NCBI RefSeq assembly: GCF_018977255.1
Contig: NW_024705410.1
Coordinates: 1 to 47,218 of the forward strand
DNA from: Callorhinchus milii
Taxonomy: Eukaryota
DNA: 47,218 nucleotides
Reading direction: 5' to 3'
Below, piece after piece: positions 1 through 12,524 of the stretch (positions within the stretch are counted from its first letter, which is position 1; each line of letters opens with the position of its first letter). The notes beneath the pieces are model-generated. The model had not been told where the DNA came from, did no database searches, and saw only the letters and a program-made list of their open reading frames with translations. A program made the position numbers and the translations under genes.

Positions 1-69
1 AGTAAAAATGTGTGTATATAATTGACTGTCGACTAATCCCACTTACAAAGGTTATTTATGTTTCCAAAG

Positions 70-199
70 GCCCTGGAGGCTGTCAATATCCGACTACGCC
101 ATCTTTACCCAGACAGTGACCAGATATTTGATGTGGTGCTAATGACCAATCACCACGCACAAGTTGGGGTCAGACTCATCAAAAGCATCAACCATTACG
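70..199 (+). CDS. NT5C1A: Cytosolic 5'-nucleotidase IA, internal coding exon (earlier exons lie outside the window)
   Basis: AG at 68-69 and GTGAGT donor at 200. Translates [43 protein letters not shown], matching c[46 protein letters not shown]. 130 nt, ends in phase 1. Confidence 0.92.
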
Positions 200-297
200 G
201 TGAGTGTTCTAAATAAGCCATGCTGGACACTCGTGTTGCTAATAACTCACACTTTCAGATTCTTACTCTCTAAATTACAAAGACACATTGCAAACAG

Positions 298-400
298 GAG
301 CTGCCGTGGTGTAATGGTTAGTACACTGAATTTACAATACAGAGGTCGCCGGTACAGATATAATCCAATGGCAGGCTGATCGATGCCCGGCTGCGGTCAA
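298..400 (+). mobile_element. Degenerate tRNA-derived SINE head
   Basis: GCCGTGGTGTAATGGTTAGTACACTGAATTTACAATACAGAGGTCGCCGGT... has a Pol III A-box (TGGTGTAATGG) and a decayed B-box; no full cloverleaf is visible. Confidence 0.4.
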
Positions 401-719
401 CCATGTTATGTATGCAGATCTGATAATTGCCACCCACTCTAAGAAGTTGGATACAATGCTGTAGAACCTGGAGCAATGCTACCGAGGGATGGGGCCTTAT
501 CATCAGCCCCACAAAAACAAAGCACCTGCTGGATATTTTATGTAATCGAATCATCCCTTCCACTCCCCATGAGTGATGGTGCAGTAGTGAGAGAATGAAG
601 CGTTTCTGTACCTGTGGAGTGTGCTTATGACCAGCTGCGGTTTCGCAGGTCTCCAAATCAAGTGGCATCATTTATTCAGCTGCATAATGCTGTATGGAAG
701 CAACTCGTCTATTGCTCCA

Positions 720-1270
720 TATGAAACTCCGGCTCTTCTCAGAAAAAGTTATGCCCTCCCTTCTCTATACTTGTGAAATCTGAGCCCTTTCAGGAATATC
801 GGTGCCAGTTTGAAAATTCCTCAGGCTTGCCTACGATCAATACTGGGTTTAACGAGACCTTGAAAAGAATCCTTGAAAGATATGCACATAGTCCTAATAG
901 TGAGCTCCTCTGGCAGATGATGCTGCATTAGCCGGGTCCTGTAGCCCACATGCCCAGCCACTGCATGCCCAAGCAGCTTCTGTTTGACCGGTAGAGGGGG
1001 AAAAACAGGTGCTGCTCAGGCTAGAGAAGAGATGGACTGATGTGGGACAGAAGATTGTGGAGCTGATTGGAATTGCGGATGACTGGTACCAGTGGCGTTA
1101 AGATGGGCTTTTGTGGAGGAAGCTCGTGAATGCCTCTACTGGGCATTTGAAGGCTGTCGCCCTCCAGCAACAACGGAGAGCGGAGGAGCAATGCTCACAA
1201 CAATGAGCGGAGCACTGGGTGGCTAATACGCAGCAAGTTGGCACAGTGGGAAGCACAGGTGGAGAATCTG
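720..1270 (+). mobile_element. Decayed RTE-like LINE 3' fragment in an NT5C1A intron
   Basis: Broken frames give PSLLYTCEI(W), PKQLLFD and GKN...G.EKRWTD, resembling the RTE ORF2 C-terminus (LLYGCETW; PKQLLYGEL..GKR..GGQKKRW.D). Confidence 0.5.
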
Positions 1271-1745
1271 CCAGTCATCTCAGTTGACCCATGGCATCTG
1301 GGTCTGTTCTGTGACCTTTTGCCAGTGAATCTTCGACATTTCACGTGGCTTTAAAGTACACGAAGCCTGGCACAAGCACCGTGGTGACATCACTAATAGT
1401 GATAAACGACAGTTGTTGTTGGTGATAATGGTGACCATGGTAGTGGTGGTGTTGATATTGGTGATGGCATATTTACAATGATGATGGCCATGGCAATCAT
1501 AGTGTTGCACAATCCTCCAAATAAGATATAGTTGTGACGAAAATGGGTGGATAAACATAAATAGGATAAACGCTTTACTATGTCCCCCATCCATATAAAA
1601 GCAGATGTATTCTGTATTCGTAACGACCTTGGATGTATAAGGGTGTATTTCATATAAATCTTAGAGTTGCAAAGTGATGGTGTTAACAAATCATAAATGG
1701 TCGGTGTGGTAGATGCTGCACTAAACTTTACATGGCTCTCAACAG

Positions 1746-1868
1746 GTCTGAACATTGAGAGGTTTTGCATGACTGGTGGAAAAAGCCCAATTGGCTACCT
1801 CAAAGCGTATCTCACAAATTTGTACTTATCTGCCGATGCGGAAAAGGTGCAGGAAGCAATCGAGGAAG
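1746..1868 (+). CDS. NT5C1A: Cytosolic 5'-nucleotidase IA, internal coding exon
   Basis: CAG acceptor (1743-1745) and GTCAGT donor at 1869. Encodes (G)[40 protein letters not shown](G). Phases fit both neighbouring exons. Confidence 0.93.
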
Positions 1869-1976
1869 GTCAGTATAATTTTATTCACACGGATTACACA
1901 TTTTGGAAATTTAAATAATATTCAGTGCATAACAGACGTGTTTCTCTCTGTAAAGTCTGATACTTCCTTTGCACAG

Positions 1977-2161
1977 GGATTGCTGCGGCAACCATGTTCA
2001 ACCCACCGGAGGATCGCGTGTTAAAAAATGATGAGCTGCGTGTGGCGTTTGATGGCGACGCGGTACTCTTCTCAGATGAATCGGAGATAATAGTTAAGGA
2101 ACATGGACTTGATACCTTCTTTGAACATGAAAAGAAGTTTGTCGACAATCCCCTTGCCCAG
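1977..2161 (+). CDS. NT5C1A: Cytosolic 5'-nucleotidase IA exon carrying the HAD catalytic motif [14 protein letters not shown]
   Basis: Polypyrimidine tract plus CAG acceptor and GTATAG donor at 2162. Encodes (G)[61 protein letters not shown]. Confidence 0.95.
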
Positions 2162-2491
2162 GTATAGCTCTGCACCTATTAATTTATTTTGACTCGCGGC
2201 AGAAATATTCATACGGTGAATGTAATGCGAGTGCGCTAATGAATGTGTAAGATATTTAACAAATGTTATATTACCTGCACTGTTGGACTTTGGAATTCCC
2301 TCCAATTGTCTATTTCCCCAAGCTCTTTTCACCAAGCTCTTTTCACCTTGCTCAATTGATTAAACATGTTAACCCTTATATATTACAACTTTGACATTGC
2401 TGTTTGTTGCTGGCATATTGGGCCTTTGGGGGGCAGTGCCAGCAACTGTATAACAAAAACATATATATCACATTTAATTATTTATCTCCAG

Positions 2492-2839
2492 GGCCCACTG
2501 AAGATGTTCTTGGAGACCCTAGGCCGCATGCAGAGAAAGTTTCACGTGAAAGGCGAGCGGCTGGGGTGCCCCATTCGCACTTACTTGGTAACCGCACGTA
2601 GCGCTGCCAGCTCGGGGGCTCGGGCCCTGAAGACCCTGCGGACGTGGGGCCTTGAGGTCGACGAAGCCCTCTTCTTGGCCGGTGCCCCGAAAGGACCGCT
2701 GCTTGAAAAGATCAGGCCCCATGTTTTTTTTGATGATCAAATGTTTCACGTCGAGGGTGCACACGAGCACGGCACTGTGGCGGCACATGTGCCGTTTGGA
2801 ATTGGTCAAAAATACAATAAGTCTCAGAAAAAAAAGTAG
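2492..2839 (+). CDS. NT5C1A: Cytosolic 5'-nucleotidase IA, terminal coding exon
   Basis: CAG acceptor ending at 2491. Encodes [17 protein letters not shown]...[61 protein letters not shown]...; TAG stop at 2837-2839. The 1A versus 1B paralogue assignment cannot be settled by eye. Confidence 0.95.
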   Translation, partial: GPLKMFLETLGRMQRKFHVKGERLGCPIRTYLVTARSAASSGARALKTLRTWGLEVDEALFLAGAPKGPLLEKIRPHVFFDDQMFHVEGAHEHGTVAAHVPFGIGQKYNKSQKKK

Positions 2840-3230
2840 AACGGCCAGTCTGGTTTTAACATCATGCAATTTAAGAGATAAATCTATCAATTTCTATGCT
2901 TACCTTTTTTTACTGTTTTTTGGTTGTTGGGGTTTTTGTTTTTCGTGTTTCTTCATTCTTGCCAACCGTCCATATTACAGGATGGAGGTGTTGCCAGGAT
3001 TGGTATTGGCTGAGAGTAGGACACTCCTTGGGATATATTGTTTCATTCGCTGCTACTGCTGTGTGCTTTACTATGAACAAAAGCACTGTGGGAGTATATA
3101 TTATATGGTAGACGTTAAAATGATTACATTGATCAATTCAGCATGAGCAACGGACCTCACCTTACGGTGTAGCATTTATCATTAGTCCTTTACATGACAA
3201 CTGTTCCAAAGTAACATGTGTTTATACAAG

Positions 3231-3236
3231 AATAAA
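3231..3236 (+). terminator. Candidate polyadenylation signal of the NT5C1A-like gene
   Basis: AATAAA about 390 nt after the stop codon, at the end of a T/GT-rich 3'UTR-like stretch. Confidence 0.45.
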
Positions 3237-3674
3237 CTTGACAAGCTTACTGTATAGGAAAACCATACGAGAGTGCCTTAATCTATAACAAAGTTGGGTG
3301 GAGTCAGGGATAGCGATGGTTTGCCACCCATTCAACTGCAAAATAATTTGTTCATCAGAAGTACATTTCATGTTTGTTATGGACACCTTTTATACTGAGT
3401 GTGGCCCTCTGCGTGTTTGCTCACGGTGCCCGCCTTCTTCCTCCGGCCTCCCCTTTCCCAGCCATCTCGCCCCACTTCAGGCGGTCTCATCCTCTCCCAC
3501 CTCATCTACCACCCCCAACTGTCTTATATCTGGATTAAAGTAACGTAGTCTGAAATCCCCACTTGGTTGTTGTGTACTCTCCACTGACAGGTGATTTACT
3601 CATGTTCGGCATCACAACGTGATGAACTTCGTCAAATGTGTCAGTTGTCAAGACTTTATTCAGGAAGATAGGTG

Positions 3675-3760
3675 TACAATAATCCCTTGCCAACCGCGGG
3701 GGTTATGCTCCTATAAACTGCCGTGGTTGGCAATACTCAGGCTTTATGGGAAATAGGGGG
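3675..3760. mobile_element. Possible Tigger/pogo-like MITE end
   Basis: TACAATAATCCCTTGCCAACCGCGGGGGTTATG...CCGTGGTTGGCAA forms an internal hairpin typical of Tigger-type termini. Confidence 0.3.
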
Positions 3761-6700
3761 TTAGGGCAACCGTAGCCACAGTCTCGAAACAATAACAAGC
3801 CTGAATGGGTCAAACCTGCCAAGTGGGCCGTGCAGTCCTTGAACTGTGCCGCTTGGCTCAATTTGCTTTTACGTGGGCCCCGACCACGTAAATAGATGTG
3901 ATCTCAAGGGGTGAATGTAGAAGAGATGCTCTGTCAAATTGCTTTTGTTTAATGTACATAAATAATAAGAGTTCAACTTGGGATGGATGGACATAAGCTT
4001 ATCCGAGCATACATTAAAACCTTGTAAAAAAAGCAAATGTTAACTCAAGGGAGGAAAGGGGCAGGGAATAATAGAAGGTGCTGGGCCCACAGAGCTGGAC
4101 GACCCTCAAGGAGCAAGGATGATAATAAATGAGCCACGCTGGGCTGTGTCCACCGCTGAAACGAGGACGTAATCTGCATTGTGTGAGGCGGTGATGATGT
4201 ATACCCCGCACATGGTCACTCACCTCAGCGAGCATGAAACATTCATCCCTAGTTGGAGGAGAATTCCGGTAGCATCTGTGGGGGATGATGTCCACCTCCC
4301 CGCTCCCAGTGAGCGGGCAGGGCGCGACGTCCACCCCCTCCACTCCCCCCTCCTCGTCGGCTGCCTCTCTCCGGGCCGCCGCTGATCAAGTGATCGGTCC
4401 CCCCACGCCAGCGCCCATTCTGAGGGACATAACTACTCGGCTGGCTCACCACCGCCCGGGGTTATCTCCACATGCTCACACACCCCACCACAAAAGGACA
4501 AGAACGAACGAGGTGTGCACGAGTGCGCCCCTGTAGGTGCGTTTTTCCCTCGCAAAGGTGAGCGCTGAACAAAACGGCGGCAGTATGAATATGCACACCT
4601 ACCCCCCCCCCCTAATCCGTGTGCCCGCAAATCTAATGCTAGCGGAAAAGGATAGGCGCTATTTTTACTGTCTAAACGCGCTGCATAAAGCGCGCTGTAT
4701 AAACAACGCGAGCGTAAACACGCGCAAACGATGGCGGCTGCAGTACACGTGCGTCACGCGCACGCTCAAATCACCACACCCACTCTGCAGCCCTGCACCC
4801 GCTCTCACGCCGGGCACACCATCGCTCCACGCAGACGCACCACACAGATCACAGACGCTACGCCGAGGGTCTGCCCACACACAAATCACACTACACCGAT
4901 ATTCTGAACTAGAGTTTATTAATGGCGCCAATACACATTACCCTGAGGAATATTTCGCGAGGACAGCCTAGCGTAACTCTGCCTATGAACCCAGCTACTC
5001 AAACGTCCTACCCCGTACCTTGAAACTGGAATCGCGGCGTCCCATGGACGCTGAGAAAATTGGAGGGAGAATGACGAGAGAAGTCTTGCCCAATCACTGT
5101 CTCGCAGCAGCACTCGCTGGCATCACACGGATGTTGTGAGCGGCTTGAAGAGGCAGGACAGCAGGCAGGAAGTGGGTCGTGACAGCCTGGAGGTTGGAGA
5201 CAATCTCCAAGCTGTCACGGGGCTCCCACCTTTATTCTCCCGTGCCCAGTTGTTCGAGACTTCGGTTTTTCTCTTTACGCCTAATATTCCACCCTTCGTC
5301 CTCCCCCCAATGTTGTGAGTAACTCATTGCGGTTGGCCGAAGGAACCTTTTTTTTTGCGCCCGTACAATTTAAAGCCAATTTAGGGGCACCGCAATGTAA
5401 CCTGTCCTGTGGGGGTCGGCCAATCTCCTGGCACCGGGAAACCTAGGGGCCCTTCGGATTAAAACCCGATGTACCAGGCAACCTCCCACCAGGACACTAC
5501 GTGGGTGCGCTGCATGCGGGTGTGTGTTCAGTGCAGGTGGCCGGGAAGGGATTGCGGCGTTCGCGTCGCACCGCGGTCGTGGCACCACACATCTGCTGCT
5601 CCGAAGTTGTGAGATTGATTGCTTCGGGCATGGAGGCCGATGCAAGAGTGGAGGCTGCCGCAGGCATTTCGTCCAGCACGGTTGAGGTACTGGTCAGCTG
5701 CGGCAGCTTCTGACCAACCTGATGGTAACAATAATGAAGTTGGTGGTGATGGCAATGATGATGGAGTGATGTAATCGGCTAGTGTGCTGGTACTAGGTGG
5801 ATTATTATATCAAAAGATTGAATCAAATAGCGGCTTGAGACCATCCAGCAGTGGAGACATGAATCTCGAAGAGGTGACAAGGTTCGAGGGAAGGCATCTG
5901 TGGTACTCGCTAGCTTCTTCAGTTTAGGTAGCCGTGTTTGCCCGGTATTGTAGAAACACGCATGCAATCAGGGGTGGGACACGAGCACATGGCGATTGCA
6001 CAGATTGACACCGTCCGTGCTGCCTTTATGCAACCCTCTGCTACCAAGTTACACCACGAGCCTTGAAGCTTGACTCAATACAACATCTTGGTCCAGCTCG
6101 GTTAAACAATGAAAAGGAATTAAGGGAAACTGTGATGCCACAGTGGCGAAGCGGCTCTGCCGGTGCCCCACCTGCCAACCCACCACCATCAAGCAGCCTG
6201 GTCGACACTGCTCTTCCCTCTCCACCACCCACATGAACACACGCACACACCCCCACATAGAGCCTCGCGGGGAAGTCGCCTGGCCCACAGGTTTTCCCCA
6301 GGAATTGACCGAGGCTTCCTCCAGGTTGAATGGCGCTGCGGCACCGTGAATTAACGTGGAATTACACGGTCACGACGAGGCTACTCAGCCCCGTGGTTAA
6401 GACACACAACACACACAGGTTAGCAGGTAGGTAGGGGGCGGAGCCACGAACGGCGGGAAATCAGGGCGGGCGTCGAATTGGCAGGACAATTGTGCTTGTG
6501 CACCAAAGCCGCAGCCCCGCGGCAGTCCCTTTGATATGGAAATCGGAATGGGAAACGACGCTGAGAGCACCGAGGCAAGAGATGAGGCTGGGCGAAAGGA
6601 GCCAGAGCGATCTGATTGGCCAGGAAGGCCGCGGGATTAACCACCCGGACCCTTTGATGTAGTAGACAATAAAAGGGCCATATAGAGGGAAAGAGGTCGG

Positions 6701-7924
6701 TTCTTCTCATGTCAGCCATCGGGACGGTCGACTCTCCAGTCCAGCCACTCGAACGTCCGTGTGACGAGTCGATGTGCTGTGAGGACGGGCCATATGAGTC
6801 GAACGATGAGTACGAGAGAGAGGGAGATAGTGAATAGCATAAGAACCCCTTGAGAGGGTAACTCGAAGCCGGGCGAATTGGGTTCAGATTGTCGAGAGAC
6901 AGAGTGGTTTCCTTGCAGATTTCAGCTCCGAGCCATGTAGAGGGTAATCTCAGTCACACGGGGAATAAACCATTAGTAATCAATAAACCGTTTCGTGTGT
7001 TTTCTGCGAAGTGTGGAGAGAGTGGTAACGTGGTGTGTGTACAGGCGTTCGTAAAGAGCGCGTGCGTATTCAGTGATAAAACGACCACACGTCGGTGCCG
7101 TTGTTTGCGCGCGAGGGCGTATTTACTCACGTGTTGCGCTCGCCCATGCGTGCTCACTCGGGGCTTAACATGCATGCCGTATCATCCGTAGCATGCGGTT
7201 GCCCTGGGAATTAACGGGCAGGTCCTCCGGCCGCTGATCCACTATTGCACGGGAGCGGCAGCGTAGCGTTCACCGCCCGCGCCGCGCGGGTGTCGCGTAG
7301 AGATAAATCGGCCGAGGTGAGCCATGCGCAGGCAGCTGCCGCGCAATTTTTAGTGTGTGCACGGGGCTGAGCAGCAACGTGCGGGTAGTTCCTATTAATG
7401 TTTAAGGGAATGCACGCGGAGGGTGTGTGAATGACCGAGGCGGCCAAGAGCCAGCGAGAGTTGTCTCATAGAGGAGAAGCGGCAGTGACGAGAGGCATGA
7501 AGAAGAGGAGGGAGGGGGAGAGGAATTGGGGGGCAGTAGCCCCAACAAAACTTTGTCTGTGGTGGGCTCTTTGCAGCACGTCAATGGTGAACTGTTTCTA
7601 AGCACCTTATTTCTTACCACTTAACCAAATTTTGCAAGGACAGTATAAGCCAGAAAATCACTGTCTCAATTTCTACAGTTACAGGACGTAAGCGAGTAGT
7701 CGTGTCATTTCAGTTAGGGCGACCGATTCGTGAGCGCCTTTGGCGTTCACTCAATTTGACACAGATGCACTCTTGCACGTCCAACATTCGCGTAGTCGGG
7801 TAATGGAGAAAACAAAGTTTCCCGTCCAACAGAAAGCAGAACGCGTCGAAACACGCCCCTTACTTCCTGGACACCCCCACGGGTCCACAAACAACCATCT
7901 CTACTTCGCCTGTGCACGCCAGTG

Positions 7925-9250
7925 TATGGCGACCACTGAGCGAACTGTTGGAGGTGCCGTTTGCAAGCGATTAGGGGCATGGACGGCAGCGGTAAGAGGG
8001 TAGTGCAAGCCTCCCCTTTGATACCCTCGTCGAGCGAGCGCTTGAGTGCGAGGAGCTCTCCCGCGAGCGAGCGCAACTCCAAGGGTCGGGACGAAAGTGC
8101 GCCATCGCGAGCCTGCTCCCAGACGAGGAGGAGGAGCTCGCCAGCGCAATAAGGGGACGGGCAAGGGAGCCCCAGAGACTCCGTGAGAAAACCCCGGGGT
8201 GGGTAACCGGGATACAGACCGGCATCGGGGGGATAAACGACAGGATAACCCAAGTAGATGACAAAATGAGCCGAAATATGACCAAGCTGTAGTCCTCCGT
8301 TGAGACCATCCAGTCCGAGGTGGGGGAGCTACACTCCACGGTAGGAGGGCTAACTGGAAGGGTAGCCCAATTAGAAGCAGAGTATGAGCAGCAGCGCACT
8401 GGGGGAGGAGGGAGTGGGCAGAGAGCCCACTACGGAGCCGCCACCCTTCCCCCTGCATGCCATATATGCGACCAACGGGGGCACCGCCTGAGGGACTATC
8501 CTCAGATCGCCCGAGCTAGACAAGAGCTAAGGTCAAACACTAAGGCCTCCCTAGAGAGGGGACCACCAGGGGATGAAATCGACGTAGCCCCGACACAAAC
8601 AAGCTGTAATGATAATAGCGAGCGAGTGACCCCCACGCAGATTCCAGCAACGACACCAAGAAACGCGGCGACTCCTGGCGACTGGCTACAGGAGCTGGTG
8701 GCGGGAATCACGGGGCCACGTCGCTGGTGGAAGGGCAGGTCAACGGGCGGCGTACCCGGATCCTGCTGGATACGCTGGCGGTGGCCTCGCTCATGAGTGT
8801 GGCGCACTGCAGCATGATCGGGGTCGACGTGAGCCGCCTGCAGGCCCCGGACCGCGTACTGCACACGGCGAGCGGAGCCGGGATGGGGCTACTGGGGAGG
8901 GCCACCCTGGAGGTCCGCATAGGTCGCCAGGTGTGCACCCAGGAGTTCTACGTCTCGAGTGTGTTGTGCCACGAGTGTATCGCAGGTACCGACCTCCTGG
9001 AAAAGCTGGGGCTTAACGTGCAGCCTCGCCAGCGATGCGCCACCCTGGAGGGCAGCGGGGAGCGGGTTCCGTTCCTAGGACAAGAACCGAATTGCCCCCT
9101 CTTCGCACCCGTGGCCACTACCCCGTCACCATCGGGCCGTTTGCCGAGATGCTGGTGCCGGTGGCAACACCCTCCACCGACCCCACGCATCGGGTGAGGT
9201 AATGCTAACTCCTCACCCAGAGTTGGCGAAACAGTACGAGGTTGTGGGGT
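7925..9250 (+). mobile_element. Decayed Ty3/Gypsy gag-protease fragment
   Basis: PBS-like TGGCGACCAC at about 7927. Coiled-coil gag with stops, a mutated zinc knuckle CHICDQRGHRLRDY(P), and a retropepsin VEGQVNGRRTRILLDT(L)A...ECIAGTDLLEKLG (8727-9020). No RT follows. Confidence 0.8.
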
Positions 9251-10583
9251 CAGCCACGTTAGTAAACACAGATGGGGGCCGATTGTTTATGCGGGTGTTT
9301 AACCCCCACAGTCCTGTTTATACATACAGGTAGGAACAACAGATTCCACACTGCCCACCAGGGATTATTTGTCTGTCTGTCTGTCGTGAATCTTATTCGC
9401 TGCGTTAACTCTCCCATGCCACTCGAGGCCATATTGGTGCCAGTCCTTTCCCACCCCACCACCTCTGTGCTCTCTCCCTCCCCCACCGATGGTGCTTCAA
9501 ACAATGGCGAATAGGCTTCAACGTAAATATTAAGAGTCTTCTATTAAGAGTCTTCAAGGCGGTACGTGACTCCACAGATATTTGCTTTATCACTAAAAAC
9601 ACCATGAGTATATTGATAAGCTTTTTTCTCGTATCTCTTGGCGCAGAATAAGCTGCCTATGCACATATAATAGCGTATTGTAAGTTAGAGTACTGGCGAA
9701 GCGTACTCAGTGTTTTGTATCTCCTGCACTTTTATTATCGATTTGTACCGTTTGCTTATGGAATATTGTATTGATTCCTAAGTCATGGAATCTCTAATCT
9801 TCTACTTTTTGAGTACTTGATCAAACTGCTTGGCGCATGGCACGCATTTTTACAGACGCATGTTCCAATGTCATTGTTCTGATATAAACAATATAATAAA
9901 CGTACACCACTTGGTCAAGCCACTGCTAGATGAAGGCCTAACCACGCCATGTCAGTCATTGAGCTTGTTTTGACCATACTTCACTCCGGTCATTGTGGGT
10001 GTGCTGAAGATTGGTAATGTTTTTTTAATAGGCTTTTGTGCATGCAATTATCGCAGCACCCTTAAAAATTCAATGAACATCCCTAACTGGACATGTGTGC
10101 ATGGTGGCAATGGCTGCCTGTGGCCATGTTTACGATTCAACTGGAGTCCCCCCCCCCACTCCCAGCACACTTTCCAGTTTTTCAATTAATTGTGATAGAT
10201 TTAGAGTCATTATTTCATTATTTTTATTTCATTTTGACCATCTCTATTTTAATTCATACAGTTATTTTTTGGTTACTTTACTTTTCCTCAATGCAACATT
10301 GCAAAAATGCAAGTAGAGTTTTAATTAGGCTTGGCCAAGACACATCGTGGCTAAAAGGGATAATAGCAAAGGGACAGAACTTGGGATGGAATGTCAACCG
10401 ATGGAAAAAACACATGTGAGAAAATAACCACCACAGAGATGAAGCAATGAAATCATCTCATGCGCATGAGCTGGGTGGATCACAAGATCATGAGGGATGG
10501 TGACAATATCGGGGAAAATATTGGGGAACTTTTTCTCCCAGCAGTAGATTGAGCATGGTTGATGATGATGATTAACATTGGCA

Positions 10584-11250
10584 TGGGGATGTTCGCAACC
10601 ATCGGCGACGTCTGGCCACAGTACGGCGCGGGCGCACAATAAAGGACGAGATGCCCGAAGAGGGTGCTGCCCAACTGGAGCACGCGCGCGTCTCGTTGGC
10701 TGCCCGACGTGCCGCGCCCCAGACGCCCGCGCCCCAGACGCTGAAAGAGCGTGCTGCCCGACTGAAGCGCGCGTGCGTCGCGCGTGCGTCGCATTGGCTG
10801 CCCGACATGCCGCGCCCCAGACGCCCGAAAAGCGTGCTGCCCGACTGGAGTGCACGCGCTGTCGCGCATAGTCGAAGGCCGAGAAGCGACGCATATTGCA
10901 GTTTGCTTGACTGCAAAAGTTTTCTGGCGCGATCGTCGACGTTCAGTGCAACCATCGGCGGTGTGGAGAAAGTGGGGATGTTCGCAACCATCGGCGACGT
11001 CTGGCCACAGTACGGCGGCGGGCGCACAATAAAGGACGAGATGCCCGAAGAGGGTGCTGCCCAACTGGAGCACGCGCGCGTCTGTTGGCTGCCCGACGTG
11101 CCGCGCCCCAGACGCCCGAAAAGCGTGCTGCCCGACTGGAGCGCGCGTGCGTCGCGTTGGCTGCCCGAATGCCGCGCCCCAGACGCCCGAAGAGCGTGCT
11201 GCCCGACTGGAGCGCGCGCGAGTCGCGAAGGCCGAGAAGCGACGCATCAG
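10584..11250 (+). repeat. About 389-bp tandem duplication made of ~70-bp GC-rich coding repeats (STPR-like)
   Basis: TGGGGATGTTCGCAACCATCGGCGACGTCTGGCCACAGTACGGCG starts at both 10584 and 10973. The inner unit GCCGCGCCCCAGACGCCCGAA(A/G)AGCGTGCTGCCCGACTGGAG recurs several times. Confidence 0.9.
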
Positions 11251-12524
11251 CGTCGATACTGAGGACGCCATGCTGGCGTCTCTGGCCGAGACCGCTCTCG
11301 CTGAGCAGGACCCTAGTGAGGAGACCGTCAGGTTCCTGGCGAAGTCGCAAAATTTCGCGAAGGATCCGCGTCTGGCGCTGCTGTATTTCCACCTGTGCGC
11401 AAACCATCCCGACGACTTTGTTTTCAATGATGAGAGCCTGCATGGGCCTAACGGACCCGCGGTCTGCGAGCGGATCCTGCGAGCCATTGGCGGCGCGGTA
11501 GGCCACGACGACGCTGTGCACTGTCAGCGCAGTGCGGCTGCCCGTGACCCCGGCACGGGCACATCGCGGCGTGCGCGTCATGCAATGAGTTTCTCTTTGA
11601 GGCCAATAAGACCATCGTCGACGCCGGCCCCGTCGAACAGCTTCCCATTGTGTTCCGCCTCACCAATGAGCAAGTCGCCGAGCAGTGCACCCTGCCGGAG
11701 CATCTCGTTGAACGGCACGTCTCCGTGCTGCGCGTGAACGACGTCCGGTACCATCTCAATCCGGATCTCGTGCCCGACATCAACAACGTCGTCCTGTGCT
11801 CAACCTGTGCGAAAAATCCGGCCGATCATGACTTCAGCCTCTACAACGGGCACGACTATGGTCGGCGGGGGTCGCTGCCCAAAGTGAACAGCACGACGCT
11901 CAACGCGATTTTACCCGCCCGAGCCTTCAATATTGACATCTTGATAAGGGCCAGCCACTCAATGGGGAACGCCATTTGTTTCATGCAAGACGGTCCTGTC
12001 GAGGTGGCCAACGTGCTGCCCCGGGTTTCCCCAGTGCAACGCCCGCAGGTGACCTTTCTCGGGCCGCGCGACGCCTGGCGGAAGGCACAGGCTCGTTTCC
12101 GCGACATGTACAACATCGACGTCACCGGAGCGTACTAGTGGCTCGAGTTCTGGACTGGGGTCAAACATCCGCGATTCGACGGCATTACCATCGACAATTC
12201 CTCCGAAATGCGCCGACGCCTGGACGAGGAGGGTGCCGCCATCGAGAACGAAGTCCATCTGCAATGACGATGTTGACGTCGCTGCAATGAATGCGCACGT
12301 CGACGATGACGACGTCAACAACGACGTGCCAGAGTCGCCGGCCAGCACACGGGCTGTGACCTTGTTCACGCGGCGGTCTTGCCCAAACAATCTCTCCTCA
12401 GTGGCGGCGTCAACCTGGCGCTGCAGGTGCTGAACTACATCATTCACCCCGACGACAAGAATGCCGGAGATCATGTTCCCCCTCCTATCGCGGTGGTTTC
12501 ACGCGGCGACGACCCAATCGTCGA

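Noticed and set aside
298..372. Functional tRNA gene
   Set aside because: An A-box is present, but the B-box, T-arm and acceptor stem are degenerate; a SINE head explains it better.
2366..2491. N-terminal part of the 157-aa ORF as a protein start
   Set aside because: Intronic read-through: homology to NT5C1A begins exactly at the splice acceptor (2492).
10457..10470. 14-bp perfect palindrome CTCATGCGCATGAG as a Helitron terminal hairpin
   Set aside because: It lies upstream of the coding region, has no correctly spaced CTRR end and no matching subterminal repeat; it could be chance.
10394..11581. Long minus-strand ORFs (335 aa, 212 aa, 166 aa)
   Set aside because: These are antisense shadows of GC-rich repetitive coding sequence with no recognisable motifs.
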